A stretch of 64,000 nucleotides of DNA from Takakia lepidozioides (taxonomy: Eukaryota; Plantae; Bryophyta), in NCBI GenBank assembly GCA_030704615.1, contig CM060731.1:22692001-22756000 (forward strand), given 5' to 3'. The position numbers and the translations under genes were made by a program. The notes below the pieces were generated by a model. It did no database searches, was not told the DNA's origin, and saw only the letters and a program-made list of their open reading frames with translations. The stretch's first letter is position 1; each line of letters starts with the position of its first letter. This document shows positions 1-12,636 of the stretch, piece by piece.

Positions 1-327
1 AAGCGGTGACTGGCTGTGTTTGGCTGTGTCGGGCTGTGACTGGCTGTGTGGCTGTGCCGGGCTGTGACTGGCTGTGTGGGCTGTGTCTGCTGTGACGACT
101 GTGACGGGCTGTGTGGGCTGTGTGGGCTGTGACTGCTGTGTGGGCTGTGTGGGCTGTGACGGCTGTGTGGGCTGTGACGACTGTGTCGGGCTGTGTTGGC
201 TGTGTAACCCCCCTCTACAGTGCGCTGCTGTCACCCCTAAGGTTCCTGTTTGTCTCAGTCTGTGCAAAAATTAAGGGTACCCTACAGATCCCGTATAAGT
301 GTCTAAGTCCCCTACCGTTCTCTAACA
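1..327 (-). mobile_element. Terminal part of an LTR of the same Gypsy family as 12637-25889 (element or solo LTR extends left of the window)
   Basis: GGCTGTGAC/GGCTGTGT array followed by gtgcgctgctgtcacccctaagg...aaaattaagggtacc...gtgtctaagtcc...ctctaaca, matching the LTR ends at 13639 and 25889. No PPT follows, so this is an element boundary. Confidence 0.9.
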
Positions 328-656
328 GTATTCAAATGAGATTGTAAACATGAAAGGGAATGTTAGATGGTGCCCTGTAAAGGGCTGTTTTGTCTTTCAA
401 TGACAATGACCTTAGCGGTCTTGTCCATGTCTTGACATGACATGTATATCTTCCCTCTCTTTCGTGTTGCTCACAAAAAAAAAAAACCACAGAGGGAAAG
501 AGGGGGTATAAAAAGTTAATAAGAGAGAGGGAAGATATACATGTCATGTCAAGACATGGACAAGACCGCTAAGGTCATTGTCATTGAAAGACAAAACAGC
601 CCTTTACAGGGCACCATCTAACATTCCCTTTCATGTTTACAATATCATTTGAATAC
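328..656. repeat. 133-bp near-perfect inverted repeat (fold-back/hairpin) with a 63-nt loop
   Basis: 328-460 is the reverse complement of 524-656 with one mismatch. Confidence 0.93.
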
Positions 657-1847
657 CCCATTACATTTCAGGGTCTCTGAAAAAACAGGGCGGGAGGGTG
701 GGATTCCAGGTCATTCATATCATGAAAGCACCATAGTATGCATCATCATCTCAAAAATTCATTTCAAACTCATTTCAAAAACCAGATTGCAGGTTTGGTT
801 TGAAGATGATGTTTTAGAACCAAGATATAAGCAGGATTCTTAAAAAGGAAGAAGAAACAACAGGGTTGAGCCCCCTTAAGCAGGTATAGGCCTAGAATGG
901 TATTTTAAGGCCTCATAAAATAGTTCTGCCAAGGTGAAAGAGCAGCTCAAAAACCCCTGTTTGTTATCAAGCCATGAAACCAAAATGATATGAGGGCCTT
1001 GAAGAATGTGTGTTATCTATCAAAGCCTATCCTTTTGATCCACCAAGTATCAAGGCAGTCAGAGTAACAACTGCTATTTTGTATCCTTGTACCCTTCATA
1101 GCTTAATTCCTACTCATGCAAATGTAGTTGTAAAAAACCAGAAACAGGGGTAAGGAGAGAAGCAGATCCTCATTGGAGCCATCTTGGAGCAGGTCTGAAG
1201 CGGCATGATGGCAGTTTGAAACAGCAGATGGCATCAGTAGCATAGGCAGCAGCAGAATCCACATTTGCAAGAACAGGAGCTGCAAGCTTCAAGAAATCAA
1301 GACAAGTGAAGACCCTCACCTATGCCCGTCTCAAAAACCACCACATAGCGATGTGTGTTAGTGAGGATGCAGCAGGTGAGTGGCAGGTCTTCACAGTTGC
1401 TATCCATGTCAGTGTTGAATTCTAAAGCAAGTACAGATCACAATTCAAGCAAGGGTAAACTCAAAAAACCTTGAGTGTTTGTGGTATGCCCTGCGCCATG
1501 GCGTCCAATAGATCGTCTCCAACAGAACGCAATCAGAGTAGAAGTGTTCACAGATAGAGAATGGCTCATACACAAAGAGAGAGCAACATGTAATCTGTAG
1601 ATAAATAGGGATAGAGTACTTCCCAACAAGGAGTAAAAGCGCCGCTGCAAAATAAAGAACCATGAGTTTCTGATCAAAGCGATCACCGCTTTGTCGTCTG
1701 CCAGAGAAGAATCTGCTTAACCACCAATGCGCATCCCAAGAGCCAGCCATCACGAGTACCATGTAGCAGCAGGGGAGCAGGTTTATACGGCGCATCATCA
1801 AGGTTCACTGAAGCACGAGTTCAGTGTTGTGAAGTGTGTCGGCCTGC

Positions 1848-2215
1848 TTAGGGCACAACTTCCTGATTTCTCATCCAGGGTGGATGAAAAATCACATTTT
1901 ATCAAGAGAAGCACTTTGTCAATGGATGACATCCAATAGAAATGTATCTTTTAGGGTTATGGTATAGGCTTAGGTTTAATAACTGCCATCATTTATGATG
2001 GTAGTTTTATTATTCTCTTGGATTTTAAAATAGGTAACCATTATTCATGTAGATCATCCAGTTTAGATGAAAGAAATAGATGGTAAATCAAGCTTTCTGT
2101 ACATTAAGTTTCATCATCCTATAATAATATCATCCAGATTTGGATGAAAAAGGCTGGGATGAAAAACTAAATAACCTCAAAAGGTTAAGGCCAGATGAAA
2201 TCCAAAGAGTTATAG
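1848..2215. mobile_element. Possible MITE-like relic with CATCCA/TGGATG subterminal motifs
   Basis: AT-rich segment with many catcca/tggatg(aaa) copies in both orientations. TIRs are only weakly recognisable. Confidence 0.3.
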
Positions 2216-2289
2216 AGGGAGAGGGAGAGAGGGGGCAACAATGAAAAAAAATGTGTTGGGGGGGGGAGGTCAGATAGTGGGGTCAGCTG

Positions 2290-3009
2290 TAGCATATGTC
2301 CAATACCAGATATCCTAAGTTAATCGACTCTATATCTTGGAAACAGGACCGCCCACCGACCTGTCAAACAGGCTAAGTCCTGGGCAGAAGACAGTAGAAG
2401 AGATTCTCAAGGACCTGGACCTGGAACCGCAAGTCTTCACCCTGCTGGATAAATCTGACTTAGAGGCTGTAGTGTCCAACCATGTCTGTTGGCATGAGAT
2501 TGTCTGATGAAAATGAAGTTGGGCAAAAAACTTCCCTGAACTTGTTTCCAGTTAGTGACATGGGGGAGGACATCTTGGATGACCTCAAGGGTCTACCCAC
2601 TCTTGGCACTAGACTGAAATTTAAACTCGGGGCAGGAAGCCTACCTTTGAACAGCAAACAGAAGCAGAGAGGAAAGGGAGAGTGCAATTGCCCGTTGTGT
2701 GGTCAATCTAAAGACAGTACTCATTTTCTAATACACTGTTCGGGGTTCTCTCACCAAAGAGACGCTCTCTTCAAATCTATTAAGGGAATTGTGCATGTAC
2801 CTATGTTTACTAACTTTGAAAATCTCGAGGCTAAGCCAAAAGCCCAGCCCCTTCTGAGGCCTAGTTTTTGGGCATCTCACACACATCAGATTGATGCTTG
2901 TGTGAAGGGATTTGTAGAGGATATCTGGAAAACCCGGATTAATTCTATATGTGAAGGTAAGTCTTACTACCAACGTCAGCCCCTGTATAATGGTAAAAAA
3001 CAAAAATAA
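2290..3009 (+). pseudogene. 3' fragment of a LINE (non-LTR) ORF2 with a C-terminal CCHC zinc finger
   Basis: ORF 2482-3009 contains RLKFKLGAGSLPLN...CPLC-x6-THFLIHC...FVEDIWKTR, typical of a LINE ORF2 C-terminus. Confidence 0.75.
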
Positions 3010-3422
3010 AAATGGAGAAACAAATATTATGGAAGAGTCATTGAGATGGACAAGTATTTAAATTAACGACTCGTCGTTGGAACCTGGTCTTAAGATACAT
3101 AGAAAACGCACTAGTATGTAAAGGTAAGTGCATGTGAATCCAAAACAAACGAGAAACTGTCTGTTTTGTAAGCCAAAATCCCCCACACGGATATTTGTAG
3201 ATGAACAGAATGTACAACAGTGCAGAATCTAGCATGCCAAAAAAAAAGATCGAGAGCGTCCACTGCCCACTCGAGGTTCAGTACGACAGAAAAAGAAAAC
3301 AAGAAGGATCCCCCAACGCAAACACAAAGGGAAAAAAGAATTTTTATATCTTAAAACGAATGACCGTAAATGACCTCATTATTTAGTCCACGAACAGAAA
3401 GTGGTTCGCAAGAAGGTAACCT

Positions 3423-6400
3423 TCAGGTATCTGGCTGAAGGTTAGCCTCTTCCAAATTCGCGTGCGCATTCACTGCTTCCACCGTTGTAATTCTCTTTGT
3501 GCTATTTCTTGTCGTATTTTTCGTGGCGGCATTGTCCACACGACATTGTTCACGTGGATCCATTGAGCAGGATCTGACGGGTTGTACTCCCAAACTTTTG
3601 ACCATCAGTCCCTGTACCTCTCCAAGTTTGAGGGCTAACCTCCTTTCTTCGGTCTCCACCACTCCACCTTCACTTTCTTAAAATTAGGATCCTCCCTTTC
3701 TCGGATGATATCTGAAATTGCCATTCCTATCCAGACCGGGCACGTCGTTGGGTCATGAGGGCGAACGAGCACAAAAAACCATTTCTCACTAGGTGCCATC
3801 CCTCCGATGGTTTGAGGACCAATTTGTTTTCGGCTAGAATCCCTCAAGAAACTGAATACGTTCCGAAATTTCCTGCATTGGCTTATCCAGTTCGGCGAGA
3901 ATATTTCCCCAGTATTGGTCGTATTGTTCCATTACACCTCGGTAATGATCGTCAAGCAACATTCCTTTGGTCCAAAAATCTCTGTAGTTCTTAATACAAT
4001 TTTTTATGAAGGACTGTTTTTCGGAGGAGTCGTCCCCGACAACCCATATCGGTCTTCTTGGAACGGAATCTAGGTCTCCTTCAGGGAGATTTGGATTCCC
4101 GTCAGGGTTGGACTTCCACATCTTAACACTGGAGTTTTAGGAAGCCACTCTGAATTAGTAGCTGACTTCTTGTACTTCATAACGGGCCAACCATCCGCAT
4201 CCTTAAAAACCCGAAAGATGTGCATATCTGAGATCCCGACCAAAGCCTCTTTTCCATCAAGAATACAACCCTTAACAAACTTCTTAAAGTCGGGAACCTC
4301 CTGAATAATTTGAGGAATGAATTGCATATCTTGGGAGATCATGAATGACCTCATCAAATCCGGAAGAATGTAGGTGTTGCGTTCCTTTAGCTTCTTTGAG
4401 ACATAGCTAAAGAATCCATCAATATCGTCATGGGTGTGCCCGCATGAGAAACCAAACTGGATCTCTTCAAAGACATCTTTGGTAGTGAGGAGGGATAGGA
4501 AAACAAGCATCCATCGTTTATCTTGCGGCCTGCAGGGTTTCGGAGCCACCAAACATCTCGATTTACCCCTCATGAGCGTTTCAAAAAAATCATTTTGAAT
4601 TGCAGTGTCAAAAATGTTCCTAGATTCCCGACATGTTGGCTTTTCTAGTTGACGCATGCACCGAGCCAACAACCCAATTGTGAAGTTTGAATTTTCCTTC
4701 CAGAACTCAAGAGAAAATTGAGCGTAAGCTCCATCACCGTGTCTGTGTGTAACCATTCCTGTCAATGAGATAGGCAACTGACCCAATCCCGAGACCATCT
4801 TGTTCGTCGTCTGTAGCCTCGGAATAGCTGTTTTCCTATTATCCGTCTTATCGTGAATAATACACAGGAACTCCTCCGGAATCATAACGGACTCATTCTT
4901 CCAGCTATGGTACAGCCTTCTGCATGACTCAAGTGCATATCAAGTGCCCGCTTATGTGCGACCTGTTCGGTACTCCTTTTAATAGACTTATTGATCAAGT
5001 CCTTCAACATCTCGCATTTTGTGCACTTAGCAAAGGTGCTTCCGATTTTCCGAACCTCCACGTTAGGAAATATTCGATTCCGGATGCGGCTTATAGCGGG
5101 CTGCGTGACTCCTTTCAAACCGAGAAGTCTATTTGTCTGCACCCCAACTCCCCAATAATGTCAACGTCCACTGGGCAGTGGAGGTTCTACAAAGTGGAAG
5201 AACAAGAAGGTATGATGGCATCAACACTATTTTGAAACAGGAAATGAGGACATGGAAAAAAAGTCACCTCATTGGACTCCTCTCGAATTCTCTTCCAGTT
5301 CATTTCGAGTGGCAAAACTCTCAAAGTATCTCGACATCCCTCTCCAATGCAACGTGTTTTGTGAGGCACATAAGGTCAGTATTGGCATTGATAATGGACA
5401 TAATGTTCCCCTCTGCCTGGAGTGTCCCTGGTCGAGGCTGCTTGACGCCACAATTTCCGTGCAAAGATATTAAACAGCCCTCTTTACTGAGCTTTTTGTA
5501 CTCCATGTACATTGACCTTTCAATTCCGTGTATTATCCACCATGCTTTCTCACAAACATCAACACCCTCTATCGTAACATACGACCTGCGCGATGCCCCT
5601 TCCATGATGTGAAGTCGTTTTGAAACATTCAATCCAAGTTCTCTCTTCTCATCGAATGACGAACCCCAAAATGCAGTACGAATTGTCAAGGTTTTTCTCC
5701 AATCAAAATACTAGCAGCACTGATTCAGCTTGCAGCAAGGTTTGCTACTCACCGACCTCACTTCCTCTAAAGTAAGATTTTTCTTGCATTTTTTTTAGTC
5801 CTCCAAATTGGATGATTTCTTCTTCCTATTAAAATGCCTGTACGCTGCTTTCTTCACGCCTATATGATGGTCGTCATGCTCCATGTCACTGCATGATCGT
5901 AGGAAATTTTTGAGATCAACGGAGAGTATCCGGCCATTTTGATCAAGAAGTCTTGTTTTTGTTAACGGCCATTTCACCAGAAACATCGTCCTCTCCGAGT
6001 TTGTCATTCAGAATGATCTCGTTAGGAATGCATGCCTGAATTCGGCCTTTGAACAGGGCGTTTCCGTCCTCCCCAACAAAAAGACATTGCAAGTTTCTCC
6101 AACAATTTCTCCCAAGACCTACAGCCGGATCCCCTTCAGTCTCACTGTTGGACGGAATTTCATTGCTTTCAGTGAATTGTCCTTGATAATCACTATCTTC
6201 TGTGATGGAATGAGATCCCGGATTTCCTTGAGATGCCGAATCCACAGTTTCATGCGGGTGAACACATGAGACGTCCCACACAACTGGAGTCCCAATTGCC
6301 TCCTTCAATGTGTCTGCATCCATGTGTCGATAAGGCAGAGGACAGGAGCCGAATGCATCATCACAAAAGGTCAGGATAATTGAAATGGTTTACGAACACG

Positions 6401-6514
6401 AGTGGTGTCCGTGGCAAGGTCCTTCCCCAGAGACATTCATGCACCTCCTGAGGCATCCACTGACGGAGATCCAGGAAGCGACAGAAACACCCTTTGGCCT
6501 ACTTGGAACCCCAT
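3423..6514 (-). pseudogene. Sola-like (DUF7869-type) DDD transposase, degenerate, with N-terminal Tnp1/Transposase_23-like SH3-type repeats
   Basis: Motifs CC..N.C, RTAFW, GVDVCEKAWWIIHGI, FAKCTKC, IIHDKTD and GHTHDDIDGFFS. The expected LQLDN segment appears deleted (PCRPQDKRWM). Intron at about 5137-5267. N-terminal VGQRVFL…PLPY…TLKEAIGTPVVW. Contains frameshifts and stops. Confidence 0.75.
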
Positions 6515-6797
6515 GAATTTAGTAACCTCCACTGGACAATGGAGGTTCAATAAAATCGGATTACGGGAAGGAAGATAAACTGAACGAAAGAACGTCGTGC
6601 CACCGAAAGGAAGAGTTGAAGTAGAACTTTTTCGACGGTTTTGAATGAAAACATCAATATGGTTTGAAAAGGTAAAGTCAATGTTTGGATTTATTCCGAG
6701 ACTAATGAAAGACAATTGGAATTGAAGTGGAGTATGAGGGCGGACTATAGAACAATGTGACTACATCTATCTGATCTGTCAGAAGAAGTCACAAATG

Positions 6798-6825
6798 CCA
6801 ACCTCCACTGGACAGTGGAGGTTGG
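6798..6825. repeat. Best copy of the dispersed palindrome CCAACCTCCACTG-GA-CAGTGGAGGTTGG
   Basis: Perfect 13-bp arms. Related 24-bp copies start at 3255, 5163, 6524, 9739, 9945, 11729, 27887, 28921, 29966, 31139 and 45365; half-sites at about 6936 and 30069. Confidence 0.92.
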
Positions 6826-7832
6826 ATGATATCTATTGATGAAATCAACCACATGGATGAACAATGGATATAAATGAAGAGGCCCTCTGTAGATGAGAAA
6901 ATGATTCTAGGGATGGATGAATAATAATGTGGGCGACTGCCCAGTGGAGGTTTGGGAGTAACTTTAGACAAACAAAAGCAAGTGTAGCTGGTGCACATGG
7001 AGAGTACACAAAAAAATGAGTATCATATTATCCTACGTGAGAAATGTGCAGTTGACACCCGAGACTAAGGAAACAGAGAGAGACGCAGAGGCTGCTTCAG
7101 AAGTACCCTATGGCCAAAGTGGTGCAGGACAGACGAAGAGGTGCACGTTGTCAAGAGAGGTGCAGGATGTCTAGAGAGGTGCGCGAGAGAAAAGAAGCAA
7201 GTGAGAGGTTCGCAGTGGGAAGTTGGTGTTGTGTGGAGTCAGACATTATATAGAGGTGACAAGTAACTTTCATCTTGAATCGCTCCAATGGCAATGTGGT
7301 ATGTTTTCTCTCCCGGATCGATTGTGGCCATCGTGGATTAAGGCGGAATCGAACGGCTTATGTATACCTGCGAAACCAAGGTTTCATTGAAAGTGTGCAC
7401 AATTTTTCATTTATTGACATCAGCCATTGTCACACTAATTATGCAACAACGATAACGGCCGCGATCAAATTGAATTCTATCATACTTGTATGTTAGTAGG
7501 GCTACATGTCTGGCATCATTATCGTGCAGCTTTGATAGCAGACTCTGGAATAAGCGTGAAGGATGCCGATTCTGACAAGTGGCCGGGAGAAATGAAGTCA
7601 TGCGGCTAATCGCCACTTGGATTGCACATTAACAATCGATCATTATAATCTGGGAGGAATCCGGAGGTGAACCATAAAGCACTTTGAGATTTTTCTGTTT
7701 ATATTTATCATGCTGTTACAGTGAATAAAACACTTGGGTAGGCCGGCGCATTGGACAGCGAGGGCGGTGCATAATAAGGGGTGTGCGTAATGCAGTGTCG
7801 TGCCTTGCTTGCTTGCACATGTTTAATGTAGG

Positions 7833-7925
7833 GATGGACCCCTCGTGTCGGGTATTCCTCGATAAATGGGCATTCCCTCTGGCTCTGGACCTTAAATCAA
7901 GGAATGCCCGACACGAGGGGCCATC
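7833..7925. repeat. About 30-bp inverted repeat with a 32-nt spacer in the divergent intergenic region
   Basis: gatggacccctcgtgtcgggtattcctcgat ... atcaaggaatgcccgacacgaggggccatc. Confidence 0.85.
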
Positions 7926-10021
7926 TACTATCCTTAAAGCCGTATGTCACATGGTACTTGCGGGTGTTGTCAGAGAATATTGACGTCTGGCGGCTAATTA
8001 CAGCCGAAAGTAATTGTGGACGGCTCATAAGATTATACTGTGTGACAAATCCATAGGTACACCATTGTGTCCTCTAGCAGATTGTGTTCAAAACGATTGC
8101 CTAGGCGTGCCACGTGGGTGGTCACATGTGCGTTTGGGGTGTGGGTTAAGGTTTTGCGGCTTCGAATCTATTTTAAGATTTTTGTAAGCATGCGGGTTGC
8201 AGAGTCTGACCAATGGCGTCATTACAGTCATTTCGTCCTTTTTTCATTCGTTTGTCCAGTTGTCTGTCCAAACGTGTGTGCATTCATCTGTCAATTTGGA
8301 ACAAATATTGAACTAATTTCATCTGTGTGGATGGACAGTATTAATGTTAGTTTGCGTGGATGGGGCAGAACATCCATTTGGGCCGCGCGACCGTTTGATT
8401 TCGGACGGAGGCGATGGTTCCCATCATCCCTGAAGGTCGCTTATAAGGGGTGCGCTCTTTGAGCCCGACCTTTGGGCTTCCCATTTTCTACACGTAAGCG
8501 CTGCGCGAGTGAGAGCTTGACAGTTGAGAGAGGAGAGCGTGAAAAAGAAGAGTTTTGAGCGAGTTTTGCAGCGATTGGACACTGGAGCATGGAGAGCAAG
8601 AGAGCAGATTAGGCAAGTGCAGAGAGAGGAGAGGGTGAAAGGTAACAGAGTGAAATAGGAAAAATTTGAAGACCGGGGAGGAGAGACAGGACAGTGGTGA
8701 GTGGAGAGAGACGAGTGCAGAGGCGAGAGCACAGGGCAATTACCGGCTTGCAGGCGGAGGTGCGGAAGAAAGTATCAAACGAAGGATTGTGGTTGCAGGG
8801 ATACCAAAATGGCCAACCCAAGTAGGTACAACATTGAAACTCCTTCTTTTCGTCTTCTGTTTCCTATTTTGTGTTGGCCTGTTCTCGATTCATGTGGTTC
8901 ATGTCAATTCGTTTGGCTCCTGCTTCATTCTATGCTACACTGCACTCTCTTCAGTGCACTCTCATCTCTGCTTCAGGGCAGAAGCATGCTACAGTGGCTC
9001 ACTTTTGTCTAGTCTAGTCTAATCTTACTCTCATTTTTTATCTTCAAAACACAACAGCTTTGTTGGAAACCAATTTTTGGGTGATCTCAAATTGAGTTGA
9101 CAGCAAAAATAAGTTACAACACCTAATTTAAAGTTCCTATGAAAAAAGATATAAATGAAAGTAGACTAGTTTAGACTGGACAAAAATTTCGCAAAGTGGT
9201 TGTTTGCTTCATTCCTGCTTCATTTTTTGTCAATTCATTTCACTCCTGCTCCATTCTATGCTTCAGTGCACTCCTGCTTCATTGCTTTATTGTTGTTTTT
9301 CAATTCACTGATGGTTTGTATGGTGGTTTTGTGTGCAATAGGGTTTTTGTACACTCGTTCTGGTAGATTAGGGTAATGGTTTAGGTTGGCGGGAGATTAC
9401 CATGCTGGTTGTATTGCTTGTTTTGTTCAATGTGGTGGTGTTTTGAGGACAGTGGTTTCGGAATAGTCCGGATGTTTATTTCTCAACCGTTTTCTTGATC
9501 CCCAAATCCAGCGTTAGTTTGTTCTTATCAAGATATTGTTGATGCATTTCTTCCCATTCCATTTCAATTCTCGTCCGCCCCGCCATATCTAATTTTGTCC
9601 AATTTGGCAATTATGAAAAACCACGATAGCCTAGTCTACTTGTATGCCACACTAGACATAGGCTAACAATAGGCTTCTTGCAGGCTAGAGTAGACTATTC
9701 GTAGACCCATGTCATGCACATGAGGAACAAAAAACTGGAACCTCCACTGCCCAGGGGAGGTTCGTGTGATGTCTGTTTGGGGAAGCTGAAAGACATTTTT
9801 TTTAAAGTAAGGACGAAATCGGATAATTCCGGGAAAAATGATTTAATCATTGTGAGAGGATGTGGGAACGAGTGATGGAATGATATGTGTAATATTGTAA
9901 GTGTAACACATATTTTCCAACGAGATTGGAATACGATAATTGGGAACCTCCACTAGATAGTGCAGGTTCGATATTTCTTTGGGTCAGCCAGTTACACACT
10001 TTGATTATTTTTTCTGTCAGT

Positions 10022-10676
10022 ATGAGAAAGAGAGGCGTGGGTGGGGAACCGGTGTCTGACGATGAGTACAAAACCGTTAGCTTAAAGTGGAGCAGGAGAC
10101 GGTGTTCGGTAGACGCGATGGAAGCGGACCATCCAGATCAAGAACATGATGTTTTGAAACCAGATGAAAAATCCCGTTGGAGGTTTACCGAGCCGAACAA
10201 AATGTCTGGGATTGACGAAAATGTGACTGTAGAATCCCCGCAAAACGCAGCCGAATCTCCTAACAATAGACCTCAAGACTACTCCCCGGATACCCTGGCG
10301 GAAATAAGAGATAGCGTTAGTGAACACACTGATGTCTACGGATCTCCTGCCTACTCCCAAAATTCTCCGACATACACCCCTCCAGACTATTCCCCGGACA
10401 CTTTGGCGGCGATACGAGAGACCGTTTTTGGATTTCCCGCATCTTCGGATTACTCGCCAGCATCTCTTGTATCCACCACAGGATCCTCCATGATATTACC
10501 CTCCACACTTTTCCCTGGACACTGCAACGAGAGAGGGAGTCCTGGAACCCCTGGACGTCTCTGGATCTCCAGGATACTCCCCTGCATCTCGTGATAGTGT
10601 CACCTGATCCCCGACGTACACCCCTCCAGACTATTCCCCTGATACACTCAGGGTGATCAGAAGGAGCATTTTGTAG
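10022..10676 (+). pseudogene. Ser/Pro/Tyr-rich repeat protein with YSP motifs resembling the Pol II CTD; one frameshift near 10490 and one in-frame TGA
   Basis: PQDYSPDTLAEIR…GSPAYSQNSPTYTPPDYSPDTLAAIR…SDYSPAS…(alternative frame) GSPGYSPAS…SPTYTPPDYSPDTLRVIR. Confidence 0.6.
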
Positions 10677-11179
10677 TGGTTGGGTATGTCGTAGACTCGT
10701 GTGAGTATAGTAGACGAAGTCTGCGCGTGGAGGCTCTTATATATGGAATGATGGATGCTAGTAAGAGAAATCTTGTTATTGGATTATCTAATGAATTTGT
10801 ATTTGGTTGTAACAGAAGACATCCTACACCACCAGATTGCGTCCCGGGATTGATTGGAGATATTTGTGGCGCATTCATATGCCGCAAGTGCTCAAATTTC
10901 AAAACTGACCATACCGCAATTTTTGAGATAAACCCAGAGGTGACAGATTGGGGCATCCGTGGAGTAATAATAGACGTAAAATACGCAGAAGCTATCGACA
11001 TTGAGCTTGAATCTGAAGAAGAAAACCCGATGTTGGTTTTGTTCCTGTATGAGGATGCGAGAACCCCCAAGACGTTTGGATTCAAAGTGCAGGTGGATCG
11101 TCTGAACAAGTCGTTGATGAGTGAATGCATTGGACTGGGTTTTAGATTTTCCGACGAGGCTCAATATTTACCGACGTAG
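10676..11179 (+). CDS. Uncharacterised 167-codon open frame inside the outer element
   Basis: Stop-free frame with globular composition and a CxxxxCxxC cluster. No family recognised. Confidence 0.35.
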   Translation: MVGYVVDSCEYSRRSLRVEALIYGMMDASKRNLVIGLSNEFVFGCNRRHPTPPDCVPGLIGDICGAFICRKCSNFKTDHTAIFEINPEVTDWGIRGVIIDVKYAEAIDIELESEEENPMLVLFLYEDARTPKTFGFKVQVDRLNKSLMSECIGLGFRFSDEAQYLPT

Positions 11180-11223
11180 GTTTGTCGAGGGCCTGGAGTA
11201 TTTTTCTGGATTTTGTGCACGCA

Positions 11224-12636
11224 ATGGGGAACGACAATCGTAAGAAGCGAGCACTGGAGGAAGCATCGAAGCTGAAGAAGGGAAAACGCAAGTCGTCGAC
11301 TGCCATGAATGATGACAATGAGGCCGGGACATCCGGAGGAAAGAAGAAACAGAAGGAGGATCCGGATCCAGATGGAGGAGAGGCTCACGAAGGAATATAA
11401 CGATGTATTTCCGTTTGGATTCGAGAGTACCTTCCTTGTGAAGGTTTCCATGATGGAACTAGCTCCAAGGAGCATGGTTTACAGGCTGCTAAATATCAAG
11501 CATAAGGACGAAGTGAAAGCGCGACTCTTCCAGCTTCATTTGTTCGACTCCAAACATCCGGTATATCTTGCGCCAATCAACCCTTCAAATCCGGAGAAGA
11601 TTGTTTCATCGCGACCGAAGCAATGGAAGGAAATGAACGTATCCAGGTTCTTCGTAATTGGAGAACAACACACCATCGTGGCCGCAAAGGTAATGGACTT
11701 CATTGCCACCCAGACCTCTCTTTTAAGGAACCTCCACTGGGAAGTGGAGGTTGGTGCTCCCTCGAAGTTGGATATGTCGCTATCTCTTTCACCTCTCTCA
11801 TCCATTTTACCCTAAGTGTCACAGGAACTTTTCGAGGATCTTGCCGACAACGAACTGAAGGAATACTACTGGGAGTGGCCTGCGAAGATTGTATGGTCTT
11901 CCGATGAACAGAGGCTCCTGAAGCTATCAAAGCTCCTCAATGATCCCAATAAGGCGCAAAAGTTTGATACAACAATGCCGGAGAAAGTTGCACATGCGCG
12001 AATGTTATTCAACCTGAGGGGGAAGCCAAAGAAATACAACGATCACACCACCAAATTCGAGACGAAACAATGGAAGGTATGCATTTATGGAATGAAAATA
12101 TATTATTCACATTCATTTAATGCTAAAGTATACTTCTGTGGTCGGAGTGACATTAAAATTTTCCGTGGATGAATGTGCAGGAGTTCATGTTTGTCTGTCA
12201 TTTGATATTTGAAATGGGTAGCATTAAGGAGGCAATGGTTCTGGTACTTTGCAACGACGACATTTGGAAGATCTGGGAAGATGTGTTCAAACGCTGGGAG
12301 CAGGGAAAGCTTCTCGACCCGCTTGGGGTACAATACAAGGGTGAACAGCAACAACTCACGAAATCTGTTATCGCAAAGCTGCAAGGATTGAACAGATGGC
12401 AGCTGATAAAAGTTGCACAAAAAATCCTGGACTTGAAATTGAGCATTCGAGATTACAAATAACAAGACAAATCCATTCAAGGCATGAACAAGTACATAGA
12501 CGACATGAAAATGCACCGGTTTATTGTCGACAATGTTATGGAAGTTTTGGGGTGGCCTCGGAGGAGCAAATAGTGCACGGAACCATACACTAAGGACGAG
12601 TAACATGAAATGAAGAAAAAATATCACTTCAATAAG
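11224..12636 (+). pseudogene. 5' half of a ParB/Srx-fold protein gene (NLS, ParB-like domain, helical region), interrupted by the Gypsy element
   Basis: KKRALEEASKLKKGKRK; VKVSMMELAP…YRLLN…PVYLAP…FFVIGEQHTIVAAK…WPAKIV…LSKLLN. GT-AG introns at 11690-11824 and 12077-12180 rejoin the frame. Confidence 0.65.

Noticed and set aside
1-210. Short periodic repeats and Cys/Val-rich ORFs (also 13320-13520, 25530-25770, 58640-58990)
   Set aside because: These are LTR tandem arrays with no unique spacers, so not CRISPR. The ORFs are translation artefacts.
1103-1801. Short ORFs and possible exons
   Set aside because: No recognisable family or consistent gene model.
3010-3250. Search for TIRs of the outer element against 45400-45750
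   Set aside because: Only short matches such as agatggaca/tgtccatct were found. No convincing TIR or TSD, so the ends are left unresolved.
9945-9968. Apparent compensatory change in a palindrome copy (ACTA..TAGT)
   Set aside because: Equally explained by deamination at methylated CHG sites on both arms, so it is not evidence of RNA structure.
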